A program made the position numbers and the translations under genes. DNA of 64,000 nt from Verrucomicrobiota bacterium. Its GTDB lineage: Bacteria; Verrucomicrobiota; Kiritimatiellia; UBA8416; JABMPJ01. Of this stretch, positions 1-8,581 are shown piece by piece. A model generated the notes under the pieces. The model had not been told where the DNA came from. It made no database searches and saw only the letters and a list, made by a program, of their open reading frames with translations. Numbering within the stretch: position 1 is the stretch's first letter; each line of letters opens with the position of its first letter. The DNA lies in assembly GCA_018648805.1 (NCBI GenBank), contig JABGQM010000001.1:101896-165895 (forward strand). The letters run 5' to 3'.

Positions 1-345
1 GCCGTGATCGACGATCCATCCCGGCTCCCCGTCGCCGCCCACCAGAAGCCCTGTCCCGCCCCCGGCGACGGCTTCATCGGTGCCGCCGATGCCGAGGCGA
101 TCGGCCGGGCCTGCATCGCACTCGGTGCCGGCCGACAGCGCGTCGAAGACCGCGTCGATCACGCCGTGGGCATCAGTGGCATTCTCAAAATTGGCGAACC
201 CGTATCGCAAGGCCAGCCCATGGCCATCATCCACGCCAACAGCCAGGCCACGCTTGACGCGGCCCGGCCCTTCATGGTGACCGCGTTCCAGGTCAGCGCT
301 GATCCTGTTGTTCCTCCTGATCTCATGGGAAAGGTTATCACATGA
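1..345 (+). CDS. deoA: thymidine/pyrimidine-nucleoside phosphorylase, C-terminal part (5' end lies outside the window)
   Basis: ORF 4..345 translation (…VDHAVGISGILKIGEPVSQGQPMAIIHANS…) matches the C-terminal domain of thymidine phosphorylase; its stop overlaps the cdd start (ATGA at 342-345). Confidence 0.7.
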   Translation, partial: AVIDDPSRLPVAAHQKPCPAPGDGFIGAADAEAIGRACIALGAGRQRVEDRVDHAVGISGILKIGEPVSQGQPMAIIHANSQATLDAARPFMVTAFQVSADPVVPPDLMGKVIT

Positions 346-731
346 AACCAACCGACCTGCTGGCCATGGCCGCCGACGCCCGCCACAACGCCCATGCACC
401 CTATTCTGAGTACCAGGTGGGCGCCGCCCTGCTGGCTGAGGACGGAAGTGTGACCATCGGCTGCAACGTAGAGAACGCCTCGTATGGTCTCACCATCTGT
501 GCCGAGCGTGTCGCCATCGGCAGCGCCGTGGCGGCCGGGAAAACAAAATTCACGGCCATCGCCATCGTCGCCGACGGCGGTCCCGCGCCCTTTCCGTGCG
601 GCGCCTGTCGCCAGGTGCTGTCGGAATTCTGCGCGCCTGAGCTCCCGGTCTACATCGCCGGTGCGGGTTTCACCGGTGCCCACGAAACCACCACCCTCGG
701 TGCGCTCCTGCCCCACGCCTTCAGTCTGTGA
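342..731 (+). CDS. cdd: cytidine deaminase
   Basis: 129 aa with the CAERVAI and PCGACRQ zinc-binding motifs of the cytidine deaminase family; translationally coupled to deoA. Confidence 0.85.
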   Translation: MKPTDLLAMAADARHNAHAPYSEYQVGAALLAEDGSVTIGCNVENASYGLTICAERVAIGSAVAAGKTKFTAIAIVADGGPAPFPCGACRQVLSEFCAPELPVYIAGAGFTGAHETTTLGALLPHAFSL

Positions 732-752
732 AGCGGGAACGCGGACGACGAG

Positions 753-780
753 CATCCGTGTCTATCCGTGACATCCGTGG
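753..780. repeat. tandem ATCCGTG heptamer x3 (catccgtg tct atccgtg a catccgtgg) in the cdd / Gfo-oxidoreductase intergenic region
   Basis: Direct reading; the same heptamer recurs in an array at 13144-13228. Confidence 0.6.
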
Positions 781-797
781 TCGAAATTGCTTCCGCC

Positions 798-1844
798 TTA
801 CGGGGTGATCTTTACCGGCTCGCCCAAGCGGGCGCTTTCGTAGATCGCATCCAGGAGCTCCATCACGATCAGACCCTCCTCGCCCGTGGCGATGTGGGGG
901 GTGTCGGCCACCAGCGCGTTGACAAAGTGGGCCTGGGCGGACTCCACGCCCGGCACCGGTGGCCGCAACTCCATGTCGTACTGCGCGCCGTCGCGTTCCT
1001 CGTAAAGCTTCGCTTCGAACTCGTAGGTCCCGTTGACATTGTGCTGCAAAAGGCCGGCTTTTGTGCCGAGCAGACGCGTCTGCATCAGTTCAGATTCGGC
1101 GATGTTGCCCGCCCAGCTCGCCTCGACCTCGAGCGTCGCGCCGTTGTCGAATGTGATCAGGGCTACGGCCATGTCTTCGACATCGAACGTCTTGCCCTGC
1201 TCCTTGGCCAGCGCCGAGGCGATGTGGTCGTAGGTGCGGCCCATGACCCACACCGGCTGCGGATAGCCCATCAGCCAGAGCGCCAGGTCGAGACGATGCA
1301 CCCCCAGGTCGATCAGCGGACCGCCCCCCGCCAGTGCTTTCGTGCCAAACCAGCCGCCGAAGCCCGGCATCCCGCGTCGGCGCAACCACTGCGTGCGTGC
1401 AAAGTAGATGTCGCCCAGTGTGCCGCGATCGACTTCCTTCTTGAGTGCCCAGGACTGTGGCGAGAAGCGGTACGAAAAATTGATCATGAGCCGCTTGCCG
1501 GCGGCGCGTCCCGCCGCAATCATTTCGCGCGCCTCGTCCGCGTTCATTGCCATCGGCTTTTCGCAGAAGACGTGCGCGCCTGCCTCGAAGGCCATGAGCG
1601 TGTAGGGGTGATGAAATTTGTTGGGTGTTGCGATCGAGACGATATCCAGCTTCTCCGCTGCGATCATCGCCGCCGCGTCCGTGTAGCGTCCCGCCACGTC
1701 GTTGGCCTCTCCGACCTCCGCCAGCCGATCTTCATCCTGATCACAGATCGCGACCACCTCGGTTTGCTCATGCGCATTGAACGCCTTCACATGGCTGCGC
1801 CCCATCCCCAGACCGATAACCCCCACCCGCATCACATCGCGCAT
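798..1844 (-). CDS. Gfo/Idh/MocA family NAD(P)-dependent oxidoreductase
   Basis: 348 aa; N-terminal Rossmann motif VGVIGLGMGRSH, EKP motif, C-terminal alpha/beta domain typical of Gfo/Idh/MocA. Confidence 0.8.
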   Translation of the reverse strand: MRDVMRVGVIGLGMGRSHVKAFNAHEQTEVVAICDQDEDRLAEVGEANDVAGRYTDAAAMIAAEKLDIVSIATPNKFHHPYTLMAFEAGAHVFCEKPMAMNADEAREMIAAGRAAGKRLMINFSYRFSPQSWALKKEVDRGTLGDIYFARTQWLRRRGMPGFGGWFGTKALAGGGPLIDLGVHRLDLALWLMGYPQPVWVMGRTYDHIASALAKEQGKTFDVEDMAVALITFDNGATLEVEASWAGNIAESELMQTRLLGTKAGLLQHNVNGTYEFEAKLYEERDGAQYDMELRPPVPGVESAQAHFVNALVADTPHIATGEEGLIVMELLDAIYESARLGEPVKITP

Positions 1845-2110
1845 ACCCGACTCCTATCTGTGAATCCAAACCATAAACCGAAGGCCCGTCTCTACCATCC
1901 CCCCGCAAACAAAGCAAGCCCCACCCAAAAGACCACACCTTCCACCAGAATTCCACCCACCACCAGAACTCCACCCGCCAAACACCCCGAAAGCCACGCC
2001 CGCGGCACCCAAAACCCTGTCATATAAACTCACGATCGTGAGTCTATATGACAGGTTTTTTCTATAAGAAGTTATAGACAAACAGGTTATCCTGTTGTCA
2101 TAAGTGAGAA

Positions 2111-3187
2111 TTACCGGTCGGTTTCGAGCCAGGTTATGATTTTCTGGTCGGCGGCGGGGAAGGGGTAGGTGCGCAGCTCGGGGATGGACACCCATTTGAC
2201 GGCGTCGACGGTGACAGCGCGGGCACGGCCTTTGACCGGTGTACACTCAAAGACATGCAGGGTCATCTTGAAGTGACTGAAGGCGTGGCGGATGGCGCCG
2301 AGTTGGCGGCGCACCCGGATGTGAATGCCGATCTCTTCATCGATCTCGCGTACCGCCGTCTGCTCGAGCGTTTCACCGGGCTCCTGCTTGCCGCCGGGAA
2401 ACTCCCACAGACCCCCCAGCATCTGGTCAGGGCGACGACGGGCAATCAGGATGCGTGGGCCGCGCCGAATCACACAGGCCGCTACGTCCATGTGCGGCAC
2501 GGGCTTGCGCGTGGGACGCACCGGGAGGGTCGCGGTCAACCCCTTGGCGTGCGCTTCGCACCAGCGCTGCAGTGGACACCCTTCACACACGGGATTACGC
2601 GGCTTGCAGACCAGCGCCCCGAGCTCCATGACCGCCTGGTTGAAGTCGCCGGCACGCCGCGGCGCAATACACCGGGTCACCTCCGCAGTCAGCGCACGGC
2701 GCACGGCCGGAAGCGTGCTGTCCTTCCGGATCCCGAGCAGCCGGGCGAAGACGCGTACGACGTTGCCATCCACGGCTGGCACGACCTCACCGAAACTGAT
2801 GCTGGCAATGGCGCCGGCGGCATAGGGGCCAATACCGGGCAGGGCCTGCCACTCGCTCGACAGGCGTGGCAACACGCCGTCACGCTCCTTGACAACCCAC
2901 ACGGCAGCCTTGTGTAGGTTGCGCGCACGCGAGTAGTACCCCAACCCCTGCCAGATTTCGAGAACGGCCTGCAGATCGGCCGCGGCGAGCACAAAGACGG
3001 TTGGGAAGCGCGCCATGAACCGCTCGAAGTAGGGCGTGACGGTTGCCACCTGGGTCTGCTGCAACATGATCTCGCTGACCCAGACCTTGTAAGGCTCGGG
3101 ATCCTCACGCCAGGGCATGGGGCGGCGTGCCCGGTCGAACCAGCGTAGGAGCGACCGCCGCAGTGGTATGGGATCTGGTATTGTCAT
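2111..3187 (-). CDS. mutY: A/G-specific adenine DNA glycosylase MutY (HhH-GPD domain + 4Fe-4S cluster + NUDIX-like C-terminal domain)
   Basis: HhH-GPD region (LPGIGPYAAGAIASISF), FeS loop C-x6-C-x2-C-x5-C (CKPRNPVCEGCPLQRWC), C-terminal MutT-like domain; the ORF extends to 3235 but MTIPD (3187) is the more plausible start. Confidence 0.85.
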   Translation of the reverse strand: MTIPDPIPLRRSLLRWFDRARRPMPWREDPEPYKVWVSEIMLQQTQVATVTPYFERFMARFPTVFVLAAADLQAVLEIWQGLGYYSRARNLHKAAVWVVKERDGVLPRLSSEWQALPGIGPYAAGAIASISFGEVVPAVDGNVVRVFARLLGIRKDSTLPAVRRALTAEVTRCIAPRRAGDFNQAVMELGALVCKPRNPVCEGCPLQRWCEAHAKGLTATLPVRPTRKPVPHMDVAACVIRRGPRILIARRRPDQMLGGLWEFPGGKQEPGETLEQTAVREIDEEIGIHIRVRRQLGAIRHAFSHFKMTLHVFECTPVKGRARAVTVDAVKWVSIPELRTYPFPAADQKIITWLETDR

Positions 3188-3228
3188 GCGGGAAGGATAG
3201 CAGAGAAGCGCGCGGTGTGCAGTAGGCA

Positions 3229-4515
3229 GTGACATACGGCGTGTATTCTGATGGTGCAGCTGATATGTTCAGTCGCAATCCGACTCGGGATATGATGATG
3301 CCAACCACGCTTTCAACCAATGTGATCACGCAGCTGCGCCGGACCTACCGCGAGGCGTACGATCTGACTAGTCTGCCGATCTCGGGAAACGGCGTCATTA
3401 CAGACCGCAACCGGAGTTCGGCCCTTCGCAACAACGCTATTTTCTGCCGTGCCCGCGCCCACGCCCTGCAGGAAGCCGTGCGCTGGGGTGAACCCTATGC
3501 CCTCTTCCTGGCGCCCGGCCTAATGACCTGGGTGATTCCGCTAGTGAACGGCGAGGAACTGGCCGGCGGTGTTAGCGGGGGTGAAGTCCGGATCGAGGAA
3601 GACGCCACCGACAGCACCGAGCTGGTCAACTTCATCGTATCCGCCGGGGTTAGTCGCAAAGCCGCCGCGGCCTACGTATCCAAGGTGCCCGCTTGGCCGC
3701 AACCGCGCGTACACGAGGCCGCCGCCAGCCTGTTCGAATCGTTCTACCAGCTCAGTGGCTGGACCCCCGCCCTCCTGACGCGTAACCGGATGAATGCGCT
3801 GCAGCAACGCCAGATCGCCGAGGTGATCCACGAGCGCAAGCGCCAGCCGCACTCGGCCTATCCCCTCGAAGAGGAGCGTATCCTGCTGTCGCTAATCCGG
3901 GTGGGCAACCGTGCCGGGGCACGCAGCATGCTCAACACGATGCTGGCCGCGATCTATCTCTACTCGCCACGTGAGGCGGTGATCCGCGCACGCATCATCG
4001 AAATGATGGGCTACCTGGTACGGGCCGCCGTGGAGGACAGTCCGCTCCTTGAACCGCTCCTCGAGCGACAGCAGAAGTGGATGGAACAGGTCTTCACGAC
4101 GGATGGGTTCGAATCGCTCTGCGTCGTGGTGCGCAAGGCGCTGGACGATTTCATGGACAGCATCTTTGAGCAGGGCTATGGCCGCACCAATAAGAAAGTC
4201 CGCAAAGCCATGGACTACGTGGCAGAGCATTTCACCGAGGACCTGCGCCTGGAGGACGTGGCCGCACATGTCGAGCTGAGTACGTTCCGCATCGCCCACA
4301 TGGTTAAAGACTTCACCGGACGCACCATTCTTCAGCAGGTCAAGCGGCTGCGTACGGAGAAAGCGCGCCGGCTACTCGAAGATACCACGCTGACCTGTGC
4401 CGAGATTGCCTACGAGGTGGGCTTTTCCGACCAGAGCTTCTTTACACGCCAGTTCCGCGAAATGACCGGCACCACGCCCGCCAGGTACCGCCGTGAACGA
4501 CGCGAGATCACGTGA
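3229..4515 (+). CDS. AraC-family transcriptional regulator (large N-terminal sensing domain + C-terminal dual HTH)
   Basis: C-terminal AraC HTH (…EIAYEVGFSDQSFFTRQFREMTGTTPARYR); paralogous to 8582..9790; start may be internal (3265 or 3292). Confidence 0.8.
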   Translation: MTYGVYSDGAADMFSRNPTRDMMMPTTLSTNVITQLRRTYREAYDLTSLPISGNGVITDRNRSSALRNNAIFCRARAHALQEAVRWGEPYALFLAPGLMTWVIPLVNGEELAGGVSGGEVRIEEDATDSTELVNFIVSAGVSRKAAAAYVSKVPAWPQPRVHEAAASLFESFYQLSGWTPALLTRNRMNALQQRQIAEVIHERKRQPHSAYPLEEERILLSLIRVGNRAGARSMLNTMLAAIYLYSPREAVIRARIIEMMGYLVRAAVEDSPLLEPLLERQQKWMEQVFTTDGFESLCVVVRKALDDFMDSIFEQGYGRTNKKVRKAMDYVAEHFTEDLRLEDVAAHVELSTFRIAHMVKDFTGRTILQQVKRLRTEKARRLLEDTTLTCAEIAYEVGFSDQSFFTRQFREMTGTTPARYRRERREIT

Positions 4516-4593
4516 GTTTATAACGTTCAAATGTTAACGCCTGAACGCACAGGCATGAACCCGGAAAGGACAATTGGCAAGCACGAGTGTCTT

Positions 4594-4763
4594 CACACTT
4601 AAGCCCACACTTGATCGCACACTTCGTCGCCACCCTTCGTTGGTTACGCTTAGTCGAACGGCTTAGTCGCTCAGCGACATAGATTGACGATCAAGCGGGT
4701 CGACTAGGTGTAACCAAGTAAGTGTGAGATTAAGTGTGGGACTAAGTGTCCGCTTAAGTGTGG
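4594..4763 (+). repeat. MITE-like imperfect palindromic repeat element, copy 1 (ends CACACTTAAG … CTTAAGTGTG)
   Basis: ~170 bp; a near-identical ~55 bp core (caagcgggtcgactaggtgtaaccaagtaagtgtga[g/a]attaagtgtgggactaagtgt) is shared with copy 2 at 17210-17395; internal cttagtcg / ttaagtgtg sub-repeats; lies ~130 bp upstream of the HK gene. Confidence 0.6.
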
Positions 4764-4921
4764 ATGGTAACCCATCCCCTTGGATACTACATTGTCGATC
4801 TGCTGCTGGGCGTTGCCCAACATGTGGACGATGCCCATGAGTTTCACCTGCTTTTCCGATTGGACCTGATCCGGCCGGGTAGGTAGTATGGACCGGTTGG
4901 CGAACATGCGGGAGTAGCAGT

Positions 4922-6109
4922 ATGAGCACGGAAAACCGGGACGACCTCATCCAGGCCAAGCGGCAGCTCAACAATGTGCTGCGCGAGTGCCACGAAAAAG
5001 AAGTTTTCAACTTCGCCCTCTTTCAGCACAACCCCTCCGCCATCACCGTGGTCGACAAGGACGGCAAGGTGGTCAAGAGCAACCTGGCCCGCCGACATGC
5101 ACACGATCCGCTGCCCGAACTCGGGCACACGCTTTTCTCGGGCGAATCGGAGTGTGACGTCATCATGAAGTCGGAGCTGAAGAAGGTGCTCGCGCAGAAC
5201 ACGGTGCGCGAGGTGTCGGACGTGCGCGCCGGCGGCCACATCTACGCCTTTACGCTGGCCCCTTTCGCTCACGGGGTGATCGTCATCCGCCAGGACATCA
5301 CCGAACACAAGCGCGCTGAGGCCCAGCTCGTGCAAGCCCAGAAACTGGCCGCCCTCGGCACGCTGGTCTCCGGCGTGGCGCACGAGGTGAGCAATCCCAA
5401 CAACGTCATGCTGCTCGGCCTCAAGACACTGCGACGCGTGGTGGACGACCTGCTGCCGGTGCTGGATGCACACCGGGAACAGGCGGGCGACTTCGAGGTC
5501 GGCATCGGCCCCTACAGCGAGTTCCGCGAGGAGCTTCCCGAAATGGTCGACTCCTGCTATCGCGCCGCGGAGCGCATCAACCGGCTTGTGACCGATCTCA
5601 AGGGGTATGCGCGCAAGGATGAGGGCGAAGCGCATGTGCCTTTCGACATCAATACCGTTGTGCAGAGCGCGGCCGACCTGATGGGCTCCACCATCCGCAA
5701 GGCCACACATAACTTTATTCTCGACTGTGCCGACGATCTGCCGCCGGTCCACGGGGCGGCCCGCCGCATCGAACAGGTCATCATCAACCTGCTGAGCAAC
5801 GCCTGCCAGGCTCTGCCCCGCCAGGACGGCCACATCACGGTGTCGACCGCTTACAACCGCGCCGCCAAGGAAGTACATGTGCGCGTCCAGGACGACGGCG
5901 TCGGCATTCCGCCCGAAGCTCTCTCGCAGATTACGGATCCCTTTTTCACCACCAAGCATGACACCGGCGGCACCGGGTTGGGCCTTTCGATCTCACGGCA
6001 GATTGCCGACAACCACGGTGGGGCCCTGGTATTCAGTTCGGCTGGCGGTCGCGGCGCCCTCGTGACGCTGACCCTTCCCGCCACGTCACACGAGGAACCC
6101 CACGCATGA
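4922..6109 (+). CDS. PAS-domain sensor histidine kinase (NtrB/ZraS-like)
   Basis: H-box HEVSNPNN, N/G1/G2 boxes (GGTGLGLSISRQIADNHGG); 4-bp overlap with the downstream response regulator. Confidence 0.85.
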   Translation: MSTENRDDLIQAKRQLNNVLRECHEKEVFNFALFQHNPSAITVVDKDGKVVKSNLARRHAHDPLPELGHTLFSGESECDVIMKSELKKVLAQNTVREVSDVRAGGHIYAFTLAPFAHGVIVIRQDITEHKRAEAQLVQAQKLAALGTLVSGVAHEVSNPNNVMLLGLKTLRRVVDDLLPVLDAHREQAGDFEVGIGPYSEFREELPEMVDSCYRAAERINRLVTDLKGYARKDEGEAHVPFDINTVVQSAADLMGSTIRKATHNFILDCADDLPPVHGAARRIEQVIINLLSNACQALPRQDGHITVSTAYNRAAKEVHVRVQDDGVGIPPEALSQITDPFFTTKHDTGGTGLGLSISRQIADNHGGALVFSSAGGRGALVTLTLPATSHEEPHA

Positions 6110-7548
6110 GTAAACCCGCTTTTCCCGTCCACCCCGTCCTTCTGGTTGATGACGATAAAGACCTGCTGCGCACCTACGTCTACGCGCTGCGCGCAGACGG
6201 GATCACGAATGTGATTACCTGCCACGATGGGGCCGATGTGGCCGATCTGATGAAGGGGCACGAGTTCGATGCGGTGATCCTGGACCTCAATATGCCGCGT
6301 GTGTCGGGCCGGGAGGTGCTCCCGGTCATCGCGCAGCGTCATCCCGAACTGCCCGTGATTGTGGCGACCGGCGTGGACGAGGTCGATATGGCCGTCAAGT
6401 GCATGCGCGCCGGTGCGTTTGACTACATGGTCAAGCCGGTCAAAGAGGAGCATCTCCTGGCCGCCCTGCGGCGCGCTCTGGATGTGCGTGATGTGCGCCG
6501 GGAAAACGCGCTGCTGACGCGCCAGCTGCTTTCGACCGAACTGACCCAGCCGGATGTATTCAGCGAGCTGATCACCAGCAACCAGGGCATGCGCAAGATG
6601 TTCCAGTATATCGAAGCGATTGCCTGTACTCCGCAGCCGATCCTCGTGACCGGGGAGACCGGCGTGGGCAAGGAGCTGGTGGCACGCGCCATCCACAACG
6701 CCAGCGGACGTCAGGGCAATTTCGTACCGGTCAACATCGCGGGCCTGGATGACAACGTCTTCTCGGATACGCTCTTCGGTCACGTCAAGGGGGCCTTCAC
6801 GGGTGCCCTGGATGTGCGCAAGGGGTTGATCGAGAAGGCCGAGGGCGGCACGCTCTTCCTGGATGAGATTGGCGATCTGAACAGCATGTCGCAGGTCAAG
6901 CTGCTGCGCCTGGTGCAGGAGCGTGAATACTTTGCGATGGGATCAGACAACGCCAAGCGCACCAACGCCCGCATCGTGGTAGCCACCAATCGCGACCTGC
7001 AGGCTATGCAGCGCGCCGGGGAGTTTCGCGAGGATCTCTACTTCCGCCTCCGCTCACACCATGTCACCGTGCCCCCCCTACGCGAACGGCTGGATGATCT
7101 GCCCCTGCTGCTGGACCATTTCCTGGCACGTTCAGCTAACGAAATGAACAAGAAGAAGCCCACGCCACCCCCCGAGTTGGCGGTGTTGCTTTCGACCTAT
7201 GCCTTCGCCGGGAATATTCGCGAGTTGGAGGCCATGTGCTACGACGCCGTGAGCACACACAAGGCCGGCGTTCTCTCGATGAACACCTTTCGCGAGGCTA
7301 TCTCGCGCGAAACAGGATCGCTGCCCGAGCCCCCCAGTCTCCCGGCCCCGGACCTGACGCCACCCGATTTCCTCAGTCCCGATCAGCCCCTCCCCTCCAT
7401 TCGCGAGGCGGAGCGACTTCTGATCGAGGAGGCCCTGCGCCGCACCAACGGCAACCAGACCATGGCCTCCCAACTGCTCGGGATCACCCGGCAGACCCTC
7501 AATCGCCACCTTAAAGCCATGCGCACCAAGGAGGAAAGCGCGCTGTAA
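6106..7548 (+). CDS. sigma-54-dependent response regulator (NtrC family; REC + AAA+ sigma-54 activator + Fis-type HTH)
   Basis: REC Asp, Walker A GETGVGKE, GAFTGA sigma-54 contact motif, C-terminal HTH. Confidence 0.9.
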   Translation: MSKPAFPVHPVLLVDDDKDLLRTYVYALRADGITNVITCHDGADVADLMKGHEFDAVILDLNMPRVSGREVLPVIAQRHPELPVIVATGVDEVDMAVKCMRAGAFDYMVKPVKEEHLLAALRRALDVRDVRRENALLTRQLLSTELTQPDVFSELITSNQGMRKMFQYIEAIACTPQPILVTGETGVGKELVARAIHNASGRQGNFVPVNIAGLDDNVFSDTLFGHVKGAFTGALDVRKGLIEKAEGGTLFLDEIGDLNSMSQVKLLRLVQEREYFAMGSDNAKRTNARIVVATNRDLQAMQRAGEFREDLYFRLRSHHVTVPPLRERLDDLPLLLDHFLARSANEMNKKKPTPPPELAVLLSTYAFAGNIRELEAMCYDAVSTHKAGVLSMNTFREAISRETGSLPEPPSLPAPDLTPPDFLSPDQPLPSIREAERLLIEEALRRTNGNQTMASQLLGITRQTLNRHLKAMRTKEESAL

Positions 7549-7582
7549 CAATGTTTGACACCGTACTGCTTTAGTACATGCC

Positions 7583-7613
7583 TGGCGCCCTATAACATGG
7601 GGCGCCATTTTCT
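7583..7613 (+). terminator. rho-independent terminator after the NtrC-type gene
   Basis: tggcgccc-tataacat-gggcgcca hairpin followed by TTTTCT. Confidence 0.6.
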
Positions 7614-7657
7614 ATAACTATATGATATAGAATAAATTACAACATCTTGAGTCATCC

Positions 7658-7672
7658 TGGCACGCCTACTGC
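7658..7672 (+). promoter_or_regulatory. candidate sigma-54 (-24/-12) promoter TGGCACgcctaCTGC upstream of the caspase-like gene
   Basis: GG and GC elements with canonical spacing (TGGCAC-N5-cTGC), ~40 bp upstream of the ATG at 7711, directly downstream of a sigma-54 activator gene. Confidence 0.45.
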
Positions 7673-7710
7673 GATATATAGCGGCACAAGCGAGAACAGG
7701 AGTTAAAAGG

Positions 7711-8532
7711 ATGACAACAAGAAACAACACGATCAAGCGGACGCTGGCAGCAACGGCAACCTTCCTCCTGGCCGCCACCCTGAGCAGCTACGCCGCGAGC
7801 GAAGCCTATGGCCGCCGGATCGCGATTTGTATTGGCATCAACAGCTACCCCTCCTACGCCCCCCTCGCCTGCTCGGTTAACGACGCGGTCGGGATGTCAC
7901 AGGTCTTCCAGAGCTACGGATTCGACAAGGTGCTGCTCCTGACGGACGAAGAGGCCCGCCGCGACGACATCGTTGGCGCGCTGAAGGAAGTCAGCGATGA
8001 GATCGCTAAAGACGATCTGCTGGTCTTTTTCTACGCGGGCCACGGCTGGACCGGCGCCGATGCCAACGGAAACCAGATGGGCTACGTGCTGCCCGTCGAG
8101 ACGCGCAAGGGACACGAGGCGGATGACGGCATCTCGATGCAGACGCTGCGCGAATCCGTCGAGGCCATGTCCAACCGTCACAGCCTTTTCATCATGGATT
8201 CCTGCTACTCAGGTTTCGGCATCAGTGTGGCCACATCCTCTTCCGACTGGACCTCCTCCCGGAGTATACAGATGCTGACCGCCGGCGGTGCGTTAGATCG
8301 CGCGTTCGAAGCCGATGGTCATGGTCTGTTCACTCGCTACATCCTCAACTACTTCCATCGCTCCGGGGGGAGGGACAGCGGTGTTTCGGCTCTGAAGCTG
8401 GCGGCTTATGTGCGCAACCGTGTGCGCCGCGAGACCTCGGGCTGGCAGACACCGCATTTCGGCCGCATGGGCGCAGGCGAGATCACGATCGCGATGAATG
8501 AGCCGGTCGCTGCCCTCGCAATGGCCAACTAG
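7711..8532 (+). CDS. secreted caspase-domain peptidase (C14 family, metacaspase/ICE-like)
   Basis: Signal peptide; catalytic dyad motifs FYAGHGW (His) and DSCYSG (Cys) with caspase-typical spacing. Confidence 0.75.
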   Translation: MTTRNNTIKRTLAATATFLLAATLSSYAASEAYGRRIAICIGINSYPSYAPLACSVNDAVGMSQVFQSYGFDKVLLLTDEEARRDDIVGALKEVSDEIAKDDLLVFFYAGHGWTGADANGNQMGYVLPVETRKGHEADDGISMQTLRESVEAMSNRHSLFIMDSCYSGFGISVATSSSDWTSSRSIQMLTAGGALDRAFEADGHGLFTRYILNYFHRSGGRDSGVSALKLAAYVRNRVRRETSGWQTPHFGRMGAGEITIAMNEPVAALAMAN

Positions 8533-8581
8533 CCGGAAGCCTGAGATCAGAGGTCGGAGGTCAGAGACTTCCACACCATCC

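Noticed and set aside
768-2027. 419-aa ORF on the + strand
   Set aside because: Antisense to the well-supported Gfo/Idh/MocA gene (798..1844); high-GC genomes give long spurious ORFs. Its translation is low-complexity and Arg/Ala/His-rich with no motifs.
4090-4115. tRNA-like T-arm string gggttcgaatcg
   Set aside because: Lies inside the AraC coding sequence, whose homology is continuous. No acceptor/anticodon structure was evident. No tRNA gene was recognised anywhere in the window.
4594-4763. Possible CRISPR array given the iterated ttaagtgtg / cttagtcg units
   Set aside because: Units are 8-9 bp with irregular spacing inside a palindromic element. There are no 25-40-bp repeats with unique spacers and no cas genes.
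4663-5010. 115-aa ORF (and its counterpart 17265..17642) sharing TLSPTLN(F/L)TLTWLHLVDPL
   Set aside because: These translate the MITE-like repeat. The similarity reflects the repeated DNA, not a gene family.
5851-6783. 310-aa minus-strand ORF
   Set aside because: Antisense to the sigma-54 response regulator gene, which has clear Walker A and GAFTGA motifs. No recognisable features.
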